From an uncultured Verrucomicrobiota bacterium (GTDB lineage Bacteria; Verrucomicrobiota; Verrucomicrobiia; Palsa-1439; CAYGDP01): DNA of 64,000 nt. The position numbers were made by a program, and so were the translations under genes. The DNA is taken from contig CAYGDP010000005.1 in assembly GCA_964348665.1 (NCBI GenBank), positions 29,131 through 93,130 of the forward strand. The letters are read 5' to 3'. Positions 18,164-27,348 of this stretch are shown piece by piece (position 1 is the stretch's first letter; every line of letters begins with the position of its first letter). The notes under the pieces were generated by a model. That model was not told the DNA's origin, did not search any database, and was given only the letters and a program-made list of their open reading frames with translations.

Positions 18164-19891
18164 GTGGCCGCGCTCGACGCGGGCGGTTACAATTCGCGTG
18201 TGAGTAATTCATCCTCCGCGCGAAAACCTGACGCCTATTTTCTACTGGGCGCGGTTTGTTTTTTGGCGGCGGTGATTTGGTGTGGACGCTCCGCGATGAT
18301 GCGCGGACTTGAGTATGACGAGGTGTATACAATGCTGCATTATGCCGCGGCGGATTCGTGGCGGGGCATTTTTAACGATCTCGCCATTCCCAACAATCAT
18401 CCGCTTCACAGTTTGCTGGTGCGATGGTCGGTCGAACTGACCGGCGCGGGAGAGTTGGCGGTGCGGTTGCCCGCGCTGATCGCGATGGCCGCGACTTGGC
18501 TACTCGTGCCGCTGCTGGCGTTTCACCTGACGAACGACCGGGTGATCGCATTTTTAGCGACGGTCTGGGCGCTCACCAGTGCACCACTCTTGCATTACGC
18601 GGAAGCTTCGCGCGGGTACGCATTGCAGACGTTCCTAGTCGTTCTCTTCGCGTGGTTCGTGCTGCGCGCTAATCGAGGGGATTCCATTCAAGGACGACGA
18701 CTCGGCTGGGCGGTAATCGTTGGATTGGCGGCAATCCTGACCTTGCCGACGAGCGTAATTTTTATCGCGCCGATTGGGCTATATGATTTGACCCGCCGAT
18801 ACTTGGACTGGCGAAAAGTGGATTTGCCGACAAAGTTTTTTTCAGCGGAACGTCGTGCGCTTGTGGCGTATGCCATCTTAGCGTTAATGGGAGGCATGTG
18901 GCTATGGCGTGGCGCGAGCCAGTTCGCGCAAGGACGGCAGACGTTTGGCACGCCCATTGAATCCTTCGATACGTGGACGACGTTTGTCGGCGAAGTTACG
19001 TCTCAAATCTGGGGTTGGCCATTGGTGGTGTTGATCGCCGCGGGTTTGTTGATGACGCGAGACTGGCGATTGAGTTTGTTCCTAGTCTTAACATTGATTT
19101 TTCCTTTCCTAGTTGCTCCTTTGACTCGCGGCGGTGGCGCCCGAGTGTATCTTGCGCTCGCGCCATTTGGATTTATCGCGGCGGCGATCGCGGTATCGCG
19201 GGCAATGGAAGTCTTGGTGTCGAATCTGAAACTGCGCAGCGCAATTGTCGTATTGCTGGCATTAGTGCCGCTCCTGTGGATGCCACGCTCGCTGAAGCAT
19301 TGGACGTCGCCTGATTGGCGCGCTGCAGCCAAGGAAATTTGCCGAGTCGCCCCCGCCGATGGCTATATAGTCTATCCCGCAACGGATGGATTAGTACTCC
19401 AGTTTTACGGTCGCAAGGAGTATCAAAGCGACGTGGTTAACCGTGTTCCGCTCGGAGACGAGTTTACCCTCGTCATTGCGGGCAACAATGGGCGATTGAG
19501 CGGGATCGTTCCGAAAACGATGCAGTCAGACGACGTTGAACTAACCAAGACGGGTGCCACCTCGCGAGTTTTGGGCGTGCCATTGTGGACGGTTAGGGCG
19601 CGTCGAGTAACCGAGCGAAATCCAAATGACAACGTGGTATTTGTGGCGATCGGTCCTGACCGGCGCGACGCTGTTAGGGCGCGCATCAAGGAAATGCTTA
19701 CTGCGAATTCGTCCGCCCAGTGGGTCGTATTGAATGGGCTCTTGAGCGACGCACTGATGGATTTTCCACAAGTAGATGATAAGACCGCAGTGCTGTTAGT
19801 CGGGTGGCCGGGTAAGCTGGCCGATGGTGATTGGAAGAAACTTGCCGCACATAGCGGCACCCCAATTCGCTTTTACTCGAGTCAGCCCTGA
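18164..19891 (+). CDS. GT-C fold glycosyltransferase (ArnT / PMT_2, GT39-like) membrane protein
   Basis: 575 aa with many TM helices in the first 370 aa and a DE-containing first loop (GLEYDEVYT). The C-terminal part is a soluble domain. GTG start. Confidence 0.7.
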   Translation: MAALDAGGYNSRVSNSSSARKPDAYFLLGAVCFLAAVIWCGRSAMMRGLEYDEVYTMLHYAAADSWRGIFNDLAIPNNHPLHSLLVRWSVELTGAGELAVRLPALIAMAATWLLVPLLAFHLTNDRVIAFLATVWALTSAPLLHYAEASRGYALQTFLVVLFAWFVLRANRGDSIQGRRLGWAVIVGLAAILTLPTSVIFIAPIGLYDLTRRYLDWRKVDLPTKFFSAERRALVAYAILALMGGMWLWRGASQFAQGRQTFGTPIESFDTWTTFVGEVTSQIWGWPLVVLIAAGLLMTRDWRLSLFLVLTLIFPFLVAPLTRGGGARVYLALAPFGFIAAAIAVSRAMEVLVSNLKLRSAIVVLLALVPLLWMPRSLKHWTSPDWRAAAKEICRVAPADGYIVYPATDGLVLQFYGRKEYQSDVVNRVPLGDEFTLVIAGNNGRLSGIVPKTMQSDDVELTKTGATSRVLGVPLWTVRARRVTERNPNDNVVFVAIGPDRRDAVRARIKEMLTANSSAQWVVLNGLLSDALMDFPQVDDKTAVLLVGWPGKLADGDWKKLAAHSGTPIRFYSSQP

Positions 19892-19895
19892 CGGC

Positions 19896-20900
19896 TTACG
19901 GAGCGCTTAGCCAGCGGACGAAGAGAGCCAGCCAAAGTGGAATACTAATCAGCGCCGCCAGATAGGAGACCAGGAGGATGGCGCTGACCAATTGTGGGTG
20001 GGAATCGTACCGTCGCGCAATCACGGCGAGATTCGTCGCGGGCGGCATCGTGCCTTGCAGCAACAGGATGAACAACATGAGTGGGTCATCCGGCTTTCCA
20101 AATTGTTTCACGGCTAGCACGATCAATCCGAATACCACTAACGGCATCACAATGCTACGCGCTATGACCACACTCGCGATGGCGTTGATTCGTACGTGGC
20201 CATTCCAATGAATCTCCGCCAGGGTGCCGCCTAAAACCAGCATGACCAATGGCGTTGCTGTTGTTCCCAGCATATACAACCCTTCTTGCAGCCAACCCAA
20301 GGGTGCGTTGATTCCCACCAATAGGTTTTGCAGTGGACTCGACCCGATCGCGACGCCGATCAGCACTGCCACGAACGGTGGACTGATCGCCTGCCACCAC
20401 TTTCGTTCTCCGTCCGCTTTTGCGCGAAACATATTGACGCCCAAACTCCACATCAACGGTGTCCACAAGAACAGGAACATCGCGACATAAATCAGTCCGC
20501 GGGTTTTCGCGGCTTCGGTTTCGCCAAACAAGTCCGTTGCCGCAACCAACGCGGGCACGATGCCGATGGGAATGTAGCCGGCATTTGCAAATCCGATGCA
20601 CGCCGTCACCGCGCGCCGTTGATTGGATTCGATTCGCATCATTCGCGCCAGTGCCCAGCCAAGCGCTAATCCGCCAAACGTATAGAGGGGTGACGCCAAC
20701 AGCAGAATCAGCCCATTTTTCCAGTCGAGCGTGGCAATGCCGGCGACGACGCCAGTGAAAAGAAAGCATGGCAGGAGAAAATTGATAAGCAGTTTGCTCA
20801 AATCCTCGAGTGCCGCATCGTGCAGCAGTCGGCGCCTGGCCAATACGTAGCCGCACAAGACAGGCACCAGGATTGTCAGGACGGTTCGTAGCGTCGTCAC
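19896..20900 (-). CDS. AEC (auxin efflux carrier) family transporter
   Basis: 334 aa, about 10 TM helices, typical two-half AEC organisation. Confidence 0.8.
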   Translation of the reverse strand: MTTLRTVLTILVPVLCGYVLARRRLLHDAALEDLSKLLINFLLPCFLFTGVVAGIATLDWKNGLILLLASPLYTFGGLALGWALARMMRIESNQRRAVTACIGFANAGYIPIGIVPALVAATDLFGETEAAKTRGLIYVAMFLFLWTPLMWSLGVNMFRAKADGERKWWQAISPPFVAVLIGVAIGSSPLQNLLVGINAPLGWLQEGLYMLGTTATPLVMLVLGGTLAEIHWNGHVRINAIASVVIARSIVMPLVVFGLIVLAVKQFGKPDDPLMLFILLLQGTMPPATNLAVIARRYDSHPQLVSAILLVSYLAALISIPLWLALFVRWLSAP

Positions 20901-21000
20901 ATCGTCTTTCTATCGCGTTGACTCAACCGCCCGCAACGCTATAATCGCGGGAAACGAAATCAACACCCAACAATCAACTCTAAACGTCTAAGTGAGTTTA

Positions 21001-21042
21001 TTGAATGTTGAATGTTCAATGTTGAGCGTTGAATGTTAAAGG
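21001..21042. repeat. Heptanucleotide tandem array (TTGAATG-like, 5-6 units) abutting the pepA RBS
   Basis: ttgaatg ttgaatg ttcaatg ttgagcg ttgaatg ttaaagg, running into aaaggag-N6-ATG. Confidence 0.85.
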
Positions 21043-21050
21043 AGTTAACC

Positions 21051-22517
21051 ATGAAAATTTCTGTCGTCGCGGCCACCGCCGCCAATCAACCCGTCGCTGG
21101 CGCCGCCATTTTTCTCGCCGAAGGAGCGAAACCGGACGGCCAGCCCGTCGCGCTCGCGAACATGATCTCCATCGTCCAGAAGCGCAAACAGTTTGTCGGC
21201 AAAGCCGGTCAATCCCTCGTCCTGCAAACCTGGGGCAAGACGCGCGCCGAACAAATCGCGCTGGTCGGCCTCGGCAAAACAGACAAAATCACCGGTCCTA
21301 GACTCTCCCGCGCCGCCGCCACCGCCGTACGCGTTCTTCGCAAAGCGCGCGCCGATAAAATCACTCTGCAATTACCAAACGGGGATGTCGCTCAAGCATT
21401 TGCCGAAGGCGCATTGCTCGGTCTCTATTCGTTCGACGAATTCAAGACCGGTGACAACGCGAAAAAAACGACCGTGAAAGAGATTGTACTTTGTGTTGCC
21501 GACAAAAAATCTCTCGAACCAGCACAAAAAGCCGCTGCACGCGGTCGCATCATTGCCGAAGCAACCAATTACACCCGCAACATCGCCAACCAACCCGGCA
21601 ATGTGATTTATCCCGAAACGCTTGCTGCCGAAGCACAGAAACTAGCGGATGAACTCGGACTCAAATGCACCGTCTTCGACGAGAAGGAATTGGCGGAGCG
21701 CAAGATGAACGCCATTCTCGCCGTGGGGCAGGGGAGCATTCGCCCGCCACGGATGATCACGCTCGAATATACTCCATCCATTCCCATCACTCCTCTCCCT
21801 GCTCCCTTCATCGTAGTTGGAAAGGCCATCACCTTCGACAGTGGCGGCATTTCTCTCAAGCCAGGCGATCGCATGGACGAAATGAAGTGGGACAAGTGCG
21901 GCGGCTGCGCCACGCTCGGCATCATGCGCGCCGTCGCGAAACTCAAAGTGCCTTTTCCCGTCATTGGGATCATCGGCAGCGCGGAGAATATGCCCAGTGC
22001 CACGAGCTATCGCCCGGGTGATGTCATCCGCGCATTTTCGGGCAAAACGATTGAAGTGCTCAACACGGATGCTGAAGGACGCGTAGTGCTGGCCGATGCG
22101 CTTGCGTGGGCGAACACGTTCAAGCCGCGTGCCATCGTGGATTTCGCTACGCTCACTGGCGCCTGCGTCGTCGCTCTCGGCAGCGCTAACTGCGGTCTCT
22201 TCGGAAACAACGACGATCTCATTGCCAAACTCAAAGCCGCCGGGGATTCGAGCGGTGATTCCGTCTGGCCGATGCCACTCACCGACGACGACCGCGACAA
22301 AATCAAAGGCAGCTACGGTGACATTATCAACACCGGCGGACGCGAAGCCGGCGCCGCCAAAGGCGCGGCCTTTCTCGAACATTTTGTCGGCAAAACCCCA
22401 TGGGCACATCTCGATATCGCTGGTACCGCTTGGGCCACGGACGAAAAACCCTATCGTGCCAAAGGCGCCACCGGCATCGGCGTGCGATTGATTGCGGAAT
22501 TGTTTGGGAAAATGTAG
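21051..22517 (+). CDS. pepA: Leucyl aminopeptidase (M17)
   Basis: VGKAITFDSGGISLKP and NTDAEGRVVLADAL motifs. The ATG at 21051 has an AAAGGAG RBS; the ORF-track start is 21033. Confidence 0.93.
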   Translation: MKISVVAATAANQPVAGAAIFLAEGAKPDGQPVALANMISIVQKRKQFVGKAGQSLVLQTWGKTRAEQIALVGLGKTDKITGPRLSRAAATAVRVLRKARADKITLQLPNGDVAQAFAEGALLGLYSFDEFKTGDNAKKTTVKEIVLCVADKKSLEPAQKAAARGRIIAEATNYTRNIANQPGNVIYPETLAAEAQKLADELGLKCTVFDEKELAERKMNAILAVGQGSIRPPRMITLEYTPSIPITPLPAPFIVVGKAITFDSGGISLKPGDRMDEMKWDKCGGCATLGIMRAVAKLKVPFPVIGIIGSAENMPSATSYRPGDVIRAFSGKTIEVLNTDAEGRVVLADALAWANTFKPRAIVDFATLTGACVVALGSANCGLFGNNDDLIAKLKAAGDSSGDSVWPMPLTDDDRDKIKGSYGDIINTGGREAGAAKGAAFLEHFVGKTPWAHLDIAGTAWATDEKPYRAKGATGIGVRLIAELFGKM

Positions 22518-22544
22518 CCGAGGAATCCTTCAACAAGTTGTTGG

Positions 22545-22736
22545 CAGGGACACACGGCCTCGTGCGTCCTACGAGAGCCGAGTAGGACAAGGCAATCTGT
22601 ATGTAGCGGCGGTCTATGACCGCCGATAGCATGAATCAATAATCCAAATCGGCGCTCGCAGAGCGCCGCTACAATGTAATTTACTCTCGAAGGCCTGAAA
22701 AGCCGAAATAAAATAGCCTAGGGCGTCAGCCCTAGG
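22545..22736. repeat. Cluster of hairpin/REP-like elements between convergent pepA and nnr
   Basis: Hairpin gtcctac/gtaggac (22566-22588). Nested hairpin gtagcggcg ... cgccgctac (22603-22672) with inner stems ggcggtc/gaccgcc and ggcgct/agcgcc. Palindrome cctagggc-gtca-gccctagg (22717-22736). Confidence 0.7.
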
Positions 22737-22783
22737 AACAAGGAAATAAAAAAGTGAAGCCCTGTAAGGGCGAAAGAGCCGAT

Positions 22784-24343
22784 TCATGCGATTGTGGCAA
22801 ACGCCGCATTCAAGTGCTCAATGAGATCACTGGCCAGAATGGCGCGTCCGCCAAGTTTTTCATGGGCGAGATTGCCCGCGAGACCGTGGAGGTAAACTCC
22901 CGCGCGCGCGGCATCGAACGGTTTCAATCCTTGCGCCAGCAAACCCGTGAGTATGCCCGTCAACGCGTCACCAACTCCCCCCGATGCCATCGCCGGATTC
23001 CCCGTCACATTGATCCAAAGTTCGTTGCCGTCGGTAACCACCGTGCGCGCGCCTTTGAGGACGACGATGCACTTGTGCTCGCGCGCAAAAGTTTTCGCGA
23101 TATTCCAGCGGTCGGCGTTTACGGCTGTGGCGGTTTTCCCGGTGAGCCTAGCCATCTCGCTCGGATGCGGTGTGATGATGACAGGCGCTTTGGCTTGGAG
23201 TAAAATCTTTGGGTTCGCTGCGATGTTGTTCAGAGCATCGGCGTCCAGAACCATCGGCGAAGGCCAGCGACGAATCAGATTTTCGACGAGCTTCTTTGCT
23301 TCGGGCGATTGGCCGAGGCCACAGCCACACCCCAAGGAGGCATATCGAGACGCGAAGGATTCAATTGTAGCATCCGAGATTGGTTGCACCATTACCTCGG
23401 GTGGACACGCCGCGGCGAGAATTGGATAAACATTTTCAGGCACGCAAAGCGTTGTCAGCCCCGCTCCTGTGCGAGCGCACGCCGTCGCACAGAGGTTCGC
23501 CGCCCCCGTCAATCCCTGCGAGCCAGCGACGATAAGCGCATGACCGAAATCGCCTTTGTGGGAGGAGAATTTCCGGCGTGGCAGCATCAGGCGCACATCA
23601 TCTTCGTGAATCATGTTCACGTCAGTTTTGATTTGCTCGATGAGTTCGGGCGGATAGGGCAACTTGGCGACGACCAGTTTGCCGACATAATCAATCGCCG
23701 CCTCTTTCAGCAATCCGATCTTCGGCAACCCCATCGTCACCGTCACGTCGGCGCGAATCGCGATGCCTCCCATCGGCTCACCTGTGTTGGCATTGAGGCC
23801 GGAGGAGATGTCTACTGCCACGACCCGGGCGCCCGATGCATTCACGCGTCGAACGACTTCGTCGAAGGGCCACGATAACGGCCGTTTCAGCCCTGTGCCG
23901 AAGAGTCCGTCAATAATAATTCCCGCGTCTTGTGGCTTGGCTTTTTCTTCGAGAGCGGACTCGTGGACTATATGGACTATCTCAATCGGCGGCTCTCCGT
24001 TCCCGTGGCGCCTGACTTCGAGTTCTATACTGGACTTAAGCTTCCGGTAATGCCAAGCGGTATCTCCCTTGAGTTCACGTGCAGCACAAAAAATGGCCGT
24101 CTGCACTACACCCGCGTTTTCCAGGTGTTGGCGTGCAGCTGCTAACGCGTCACCACCATTATTGCCTTTGTAGGCGAGTACCAAACAGTGAAAACAAGGC
24201 CACCGTTTTCTTGGAAGGTCGAGCTTGTAACTTGCTAAATGGACCGCCAGACCTGCCGCCTCCATGAGGACGCGTCCGCTGACACCCGCCGCAATGGCGC
24301 GTTGGTCCAGCTCGCGGATTTGGTCGGCGGTGACGGCTTTCAT
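22784..24343 (-). CDS. nnr: Bifunctional NAD(P)H-hydrate repair enzyme (epimerase / ADP-dependent dehydratase)
   Basis: YjeF_N block YKGNNGGDALAAAR and C-terminal kinase-fold block GNPAMASGGVGDALTG. The ATG at 24343 (MKAVTADQIRELD) is preferred over the ORF-track start at 24439. Confidence 0.9.
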   Translation of the reverse strand: MKAVTADQIRELDQRAIAAGVSGRVLMEAAGLAVHLASYKLDLPRKRWPCFHCLVLAYKGNNGGDALAAARQHLENAGVVQTAIFCAARELKGDTAWHYRKLKSSIELEVRRHGNGEPPIEIVHIVHESALEEKAKPQDAGIIIDGLFGTGLKRPLSWPFDEVVRRVNASGARVVAVDISSGLNANTGEPMGGIAIRADVTVTMGLPKIGLLKEAAIDYVGKLVVAKLPYPPELIEQIKTDVNMIHEDDVRLMLPRRKFSSHKGDFGHALIVAGSQGLTGAANLCATACARTGAGLTTLCVPENVYPILAAACPPEVMVQPISDATIESFASRYASLGCGCGLGQSPEAKKLVENLIRRWPSPMVLDADALNNIAANPKILLQAKAPVIITPHPSEMARLTGKTATAVNADRWNIAKTFAREHKCIVVLKGARTVVTDGNELWINVTGNPAMASGGVGDALTGILTGLLAQGLKPFDAARAGVYLHGLAGNLAHEKLGGRAILASDLIEHLNAAFATIA

Positions 24344-24526
24344 CGCGACTGAATTTACGCCCCGCGCGGCTTGGCGTCGAGTGGGAATTATCGGATGATT
24401 TGCCCGCCGCCCCACGGCAGGGCGAGGCCTCGTCCTCAAATGAGGAGGTCGAAAGGCGCGAAAAGTTTTCGTGTGTTTTATGGCTTGATGAAATCAAGCT
24501 TGAGTTGACGTGCATCCGCGCTCATG

Positions 24527-24606
24527 CTGTCACCCTGAGCGAAGTCGAAGGGTCTCTGCTGTGCGACGAAACAGAAGAGATTCTTCGCTGTCGCTCAGAA
24601 TGACAG
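24527..24606. repeat. REP-like palindromic element, second copy
   Basis: ctgtcaccctgagcga (24527-24542) / tcgctcagaatgacag (24591-24606) with 2 mismatches. Shares gagattcttcgctg.cgctcagaatgaca with the copy at 336-426. Ends 7 bp before the ATG at 24614. Confidence 0.75.
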
Positions 24607-24613
24607 AGAAAAA

Positions 24614-27058
24614 ATGCGCGCTCCGATGCAATTCCATCAGCGGTTCTTGGCAGTTGTGGCGCTATTTCTTGTCATGGAATTGGCTGGTGTTTCCGCCGAG
24701 CCGCCCACACAAGACATCATCACCGTCCGCGTATTTAACCTTCCCAAAAAACGCGGCGGATCTCCCAAAGAGATCGCCGATTATCGCGTGCTGGAGCGGT
24801 TTCTCGAAACGCATCCGCAGATTCGACTCGAAGCGGCGACGCCCATCCAGATTCAGGGCAGTACGATGGATGCCGCGCCATTGATGGCGATTGCGGGCGG
24901 CACGTCCCCCGACATCATTTACGTCAATTTCCGGCAATCCGATACGTATATCCGCAACGGTTTTTTGTATCCGCTCGACGAATACATCGCGCAGCTTCCA
25001 TCGGAAGAGCGCGACTCGCGCATCCCGAAACCGCTCGTGCCCGTTGTCCATCGCGCGGGCGCAGACGGGCAGAAACATTATTGGGCGATGCCCTATGGCC
25101 CCGTCGCAATGGTACTGCAATACCGGCGCGATTTCTTTGCCGCCGCAGGACTCGACCCCGATCGTCCGCCGCAAAACTGGGATGAGTTGAAAGAATATGC
25201 GAAACGCGTGAGTGATCCGTCCCGCGGCATCTACGGGATTGGATTTTTCAGCGGCCCGCAAGCGTCATGGTTGATGTATCACTACTTATGCAGTGCGGGC
25301 GCGCACGCAGTCGAGGAAGTTTCCCCGGGTGAATGGCGCGCAACATTTGATACACCCGCGGCGGTGGACGCGTTCGAATTCGTTCGCGAATTGCAGACCG
25401 AGAAAGTCACCAAAGGCGGCAAGACAGGAGAGATTGCCTATCGCGGACTGGATGTTATACAGAAATGGGGTGACGGAAAAATCGCAATGACGTTCTACTA
25501 CCTCGAAGCCGGTCAGCTGGGCGAATTCAATCCACAACTGGTCGGTGTCGGACCGATTCCCCGAGGGCCGACGGGAATCTCGAGCGCGGAGATCAACTCG
25601 CGGATGTTTGGGATTTTCGCCGGACAAACGGACAAGCGCATCCGGGACGCCGCGTGGGAATACATCCGATTCGTGGACGGATCCGAAGCACGAGGAATCT
25701 TTACCGCGGCAATGGTCGAGCAAGGCGCGTGGCGGATGGTGATGCCGACGTGGCTGCGGCAGTTTGGATTTCCCGAACTGGCCAAGCTGGCGCCTCCCGG
25801 TCTCGAAGAAACATACCTCACCGCGCTGGAACGCGGAACTCCCGAACCGTACGGCAAGAATTGCCAATACGTTTACACGTATCTGACCAAGCCGATGGAC
25901 GAGATTTACTTTTACGATTTTGGCAAAATGACGCGGGAGCAGAAACGAGCGAAAATTCAGGAATTTCTCAAGGCCGCCGTCGCCGAGACGAATGAGAAAA
26001 TGATCGGGATAATTCCCGAAGGCGAGCGCAAGAAACGCAATGCCGTCGCGTGGGTCGTGGCGGGGCTTATCGCGGTGAGTTTTGTGGTGATGATTCGAAA
26101 GATTTTTGGATGGATGAGCAGAAATGTGGGGCAAGCATCCTTGCTTGCCAATGATTCGCAAGCTAGAAGCTTGCGCCACGATTACAAAACCCGCCTTGCT
26201 CTCCTACTTCTTTTGCCCGCATTGGCGCTGATTCTTTGGTGGCAATATTTCCCGCTGGCGCGCGGGTCGGTAATGGCGTTTCAGAACTATCGCATTGTCG
26301 GCGAATCGGGCTGGGTCGGCATCAATAATTTCGCTGATGTGCTTTTCGATGAACGCTTCTGGCTGGCTTTGAAGAATGCGTTCTACTTTTGCGCGCTTTG
26401 GATGACGCTGGGATTCCTGCCACCCGTCGCGCTGGCGGTGATGTTGCAGGAAATCCCACGTGGCAAAGTTCTGTTTCGCGTCCTCTTCTATTTGCCCGCG
26501 GTTGTGTCGGGCATTGTGATTTTGTTCATGTGGCGGCAGATTTACGATCCGTCGCCCGACGGAATCCTTAACAAAATCATCGGTCTCCTTGGCATTTCTG
26601 CGCAGCGATGGCTCGATGATCCCTCGATGGCGATGCTTTGCCTTGTCTTCCCGCTGGCATGGGGACATCTTGGGGCGGCCAGTCTCATTTACCTCGCCGC
26701 TCTCAAGGGAATCCCCGATGAACTCTACGAGGCTGCTGACATGGATGGCGCGTCGTTTTACGGCAAACTCCGTCACATCGTCCTTCCGTACATGAAACCG
26801 TTGCTGGTCATCAACGCGGTCGGCGCGACCATCTTCGGATTCAAAAGCGCCGACGCGGTGCTGGCGATGACGGGAGGCGGCCCGAAACTGGCCACGCACG
26901 TCGTCGGCTACGAAATCTGGGAGCGCAGCTTCATGTTCCAGCAATTCGGCCGCGGCACGGCGATGGCGTGGATTCTCGGCATGTTGTTGCTAGCCTTCAC
27001 CGCCTATCAGTTGAAGATTCTAAACCGAGTCGAATTCCGAACGACGGGAGGGAAGTGA
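24614..27058 (+). CDS. Fusion of ABC sugar-type solute-binding protein and MalF-like permease
   Basis: 814 aa. A signal peptide and SBP_bac_1-like region cover about 470 aa. A TM region follows with the EAA loop (AALKGIPDELYEAADMDGASFYGKLRHIVLPYMKP). Confidence 0.85.
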   Translation: MRAPMQFHQRFLAVVALFLVMELAGVSAEPPTQDIITVRVFNLPKKRGGSPKEIADYRVLERFLETHPQIRLEAATPIQIQGSTMDAAPLMAIAGGTSPDIIYVNFRQSDTYIRNGFLYPLDEYIAQLPSEERDSRIPKPLVPVVHRAGADGQKHYWAMPYGPVAMVLQYRRDFFAAAGLDPDRPPQNWDELKEYAKRVSDPSRGIYGIGFFSGPQASWLMYHYLCSAGAHAVEEVSPGEWRATFDTPAAVDAFEFVRELQTEKVTKGGKTGEIAYRGLDVIQKWGDGKIAMTFYYLEAGQLGEFNPQLVGVGPIPRGPTGISSAEINSRMFGIFAGQTDKRIRDAAWEYIRFVDGSEARGIFTAAMVEQGAWRMVMPTWLRQFGFPELAKLAPPGLEETYLTALERGTPEPYGKNCQYVYTYLTKPMDEIYFYDFGKMTREQKRAKIQEFLKAAVAETNEKMIGIIPEGERKKRNAVAWVVAGLIAVSFVVMIRKIFGWMSRNVGQASLLANDSQARSLRHDYKTRLALLLLLPALALILWWQYFPLARGSVMAFQNYRIVGESGWVGINNFADVLFDERFWLALKNAFYFCALWMTLGFLPPVALAVMLQEIPRGKVLFRVLFYLPAVVSGIVILFMWRQIYDPSPDGILNKIIGLLGISAQRWLDDPSMAMLCLVFPLAWGHLGAASLIYLAALKGIPDELYEAADMDGASFYGKLRHIVLPYMKPLLVINAVGATIFGFKSADAVLAMTGGGPKLATHVVGYEIWERSFMFQQFGRGTAMAWILGMLLLAFTAYQLKILNRVEFRTTGGK

Positions 27059-27063
27059 GATGA

Positions 27064-27335
27064 AAATCCGAAATCCGAAACTCGAACCTCGAAACAAATT
27101 TGAAAATGTTGAATTGTTGAAGCTAAATAGCTGGTTTAATTACTCGCCGCGCGGGGGCGCGCGGCCTACAAAAACAAAGAATTCCGAGGGGAAGGTTGTA
27201 GGCCGCGCGCCCCCGCGCGGCGAAATCGGGATGTTTCAACAGGCTGCTAAGGCAATTTCGTATAATTGTTTTGGTCTTTTTGCCATTTCGCCATTCGGAT
27301 TTATTTCTGAATTCGAATTTCGTGCTTCGAGCTTT
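27064..27335. repeat. Composite palindromic intergenic structure: heptamer array, perfect 26-bp inverted repeat, inverted heptamer array
   Basis: aaatccg aaatccg aaactcg aacctcg (27064-27091). cgccgcgcgggggcgcgcggcctaca (27145-27170) is the exact reverse complement of 27197-27222. ttcggat ttatttc tgaattc gaatttc gtgcttc (27294-27328). Confidence 0.85.
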
Positions 27336-27348
27336 TAGAATATTGATT

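Noticed and set aside
25286-26944. Minus-strand ORFs 25286-26179 and 26204-26944
   Set aside because: Antisense to the SBP-permease fusion gene, whose EAA loop and TM pattern are clear.
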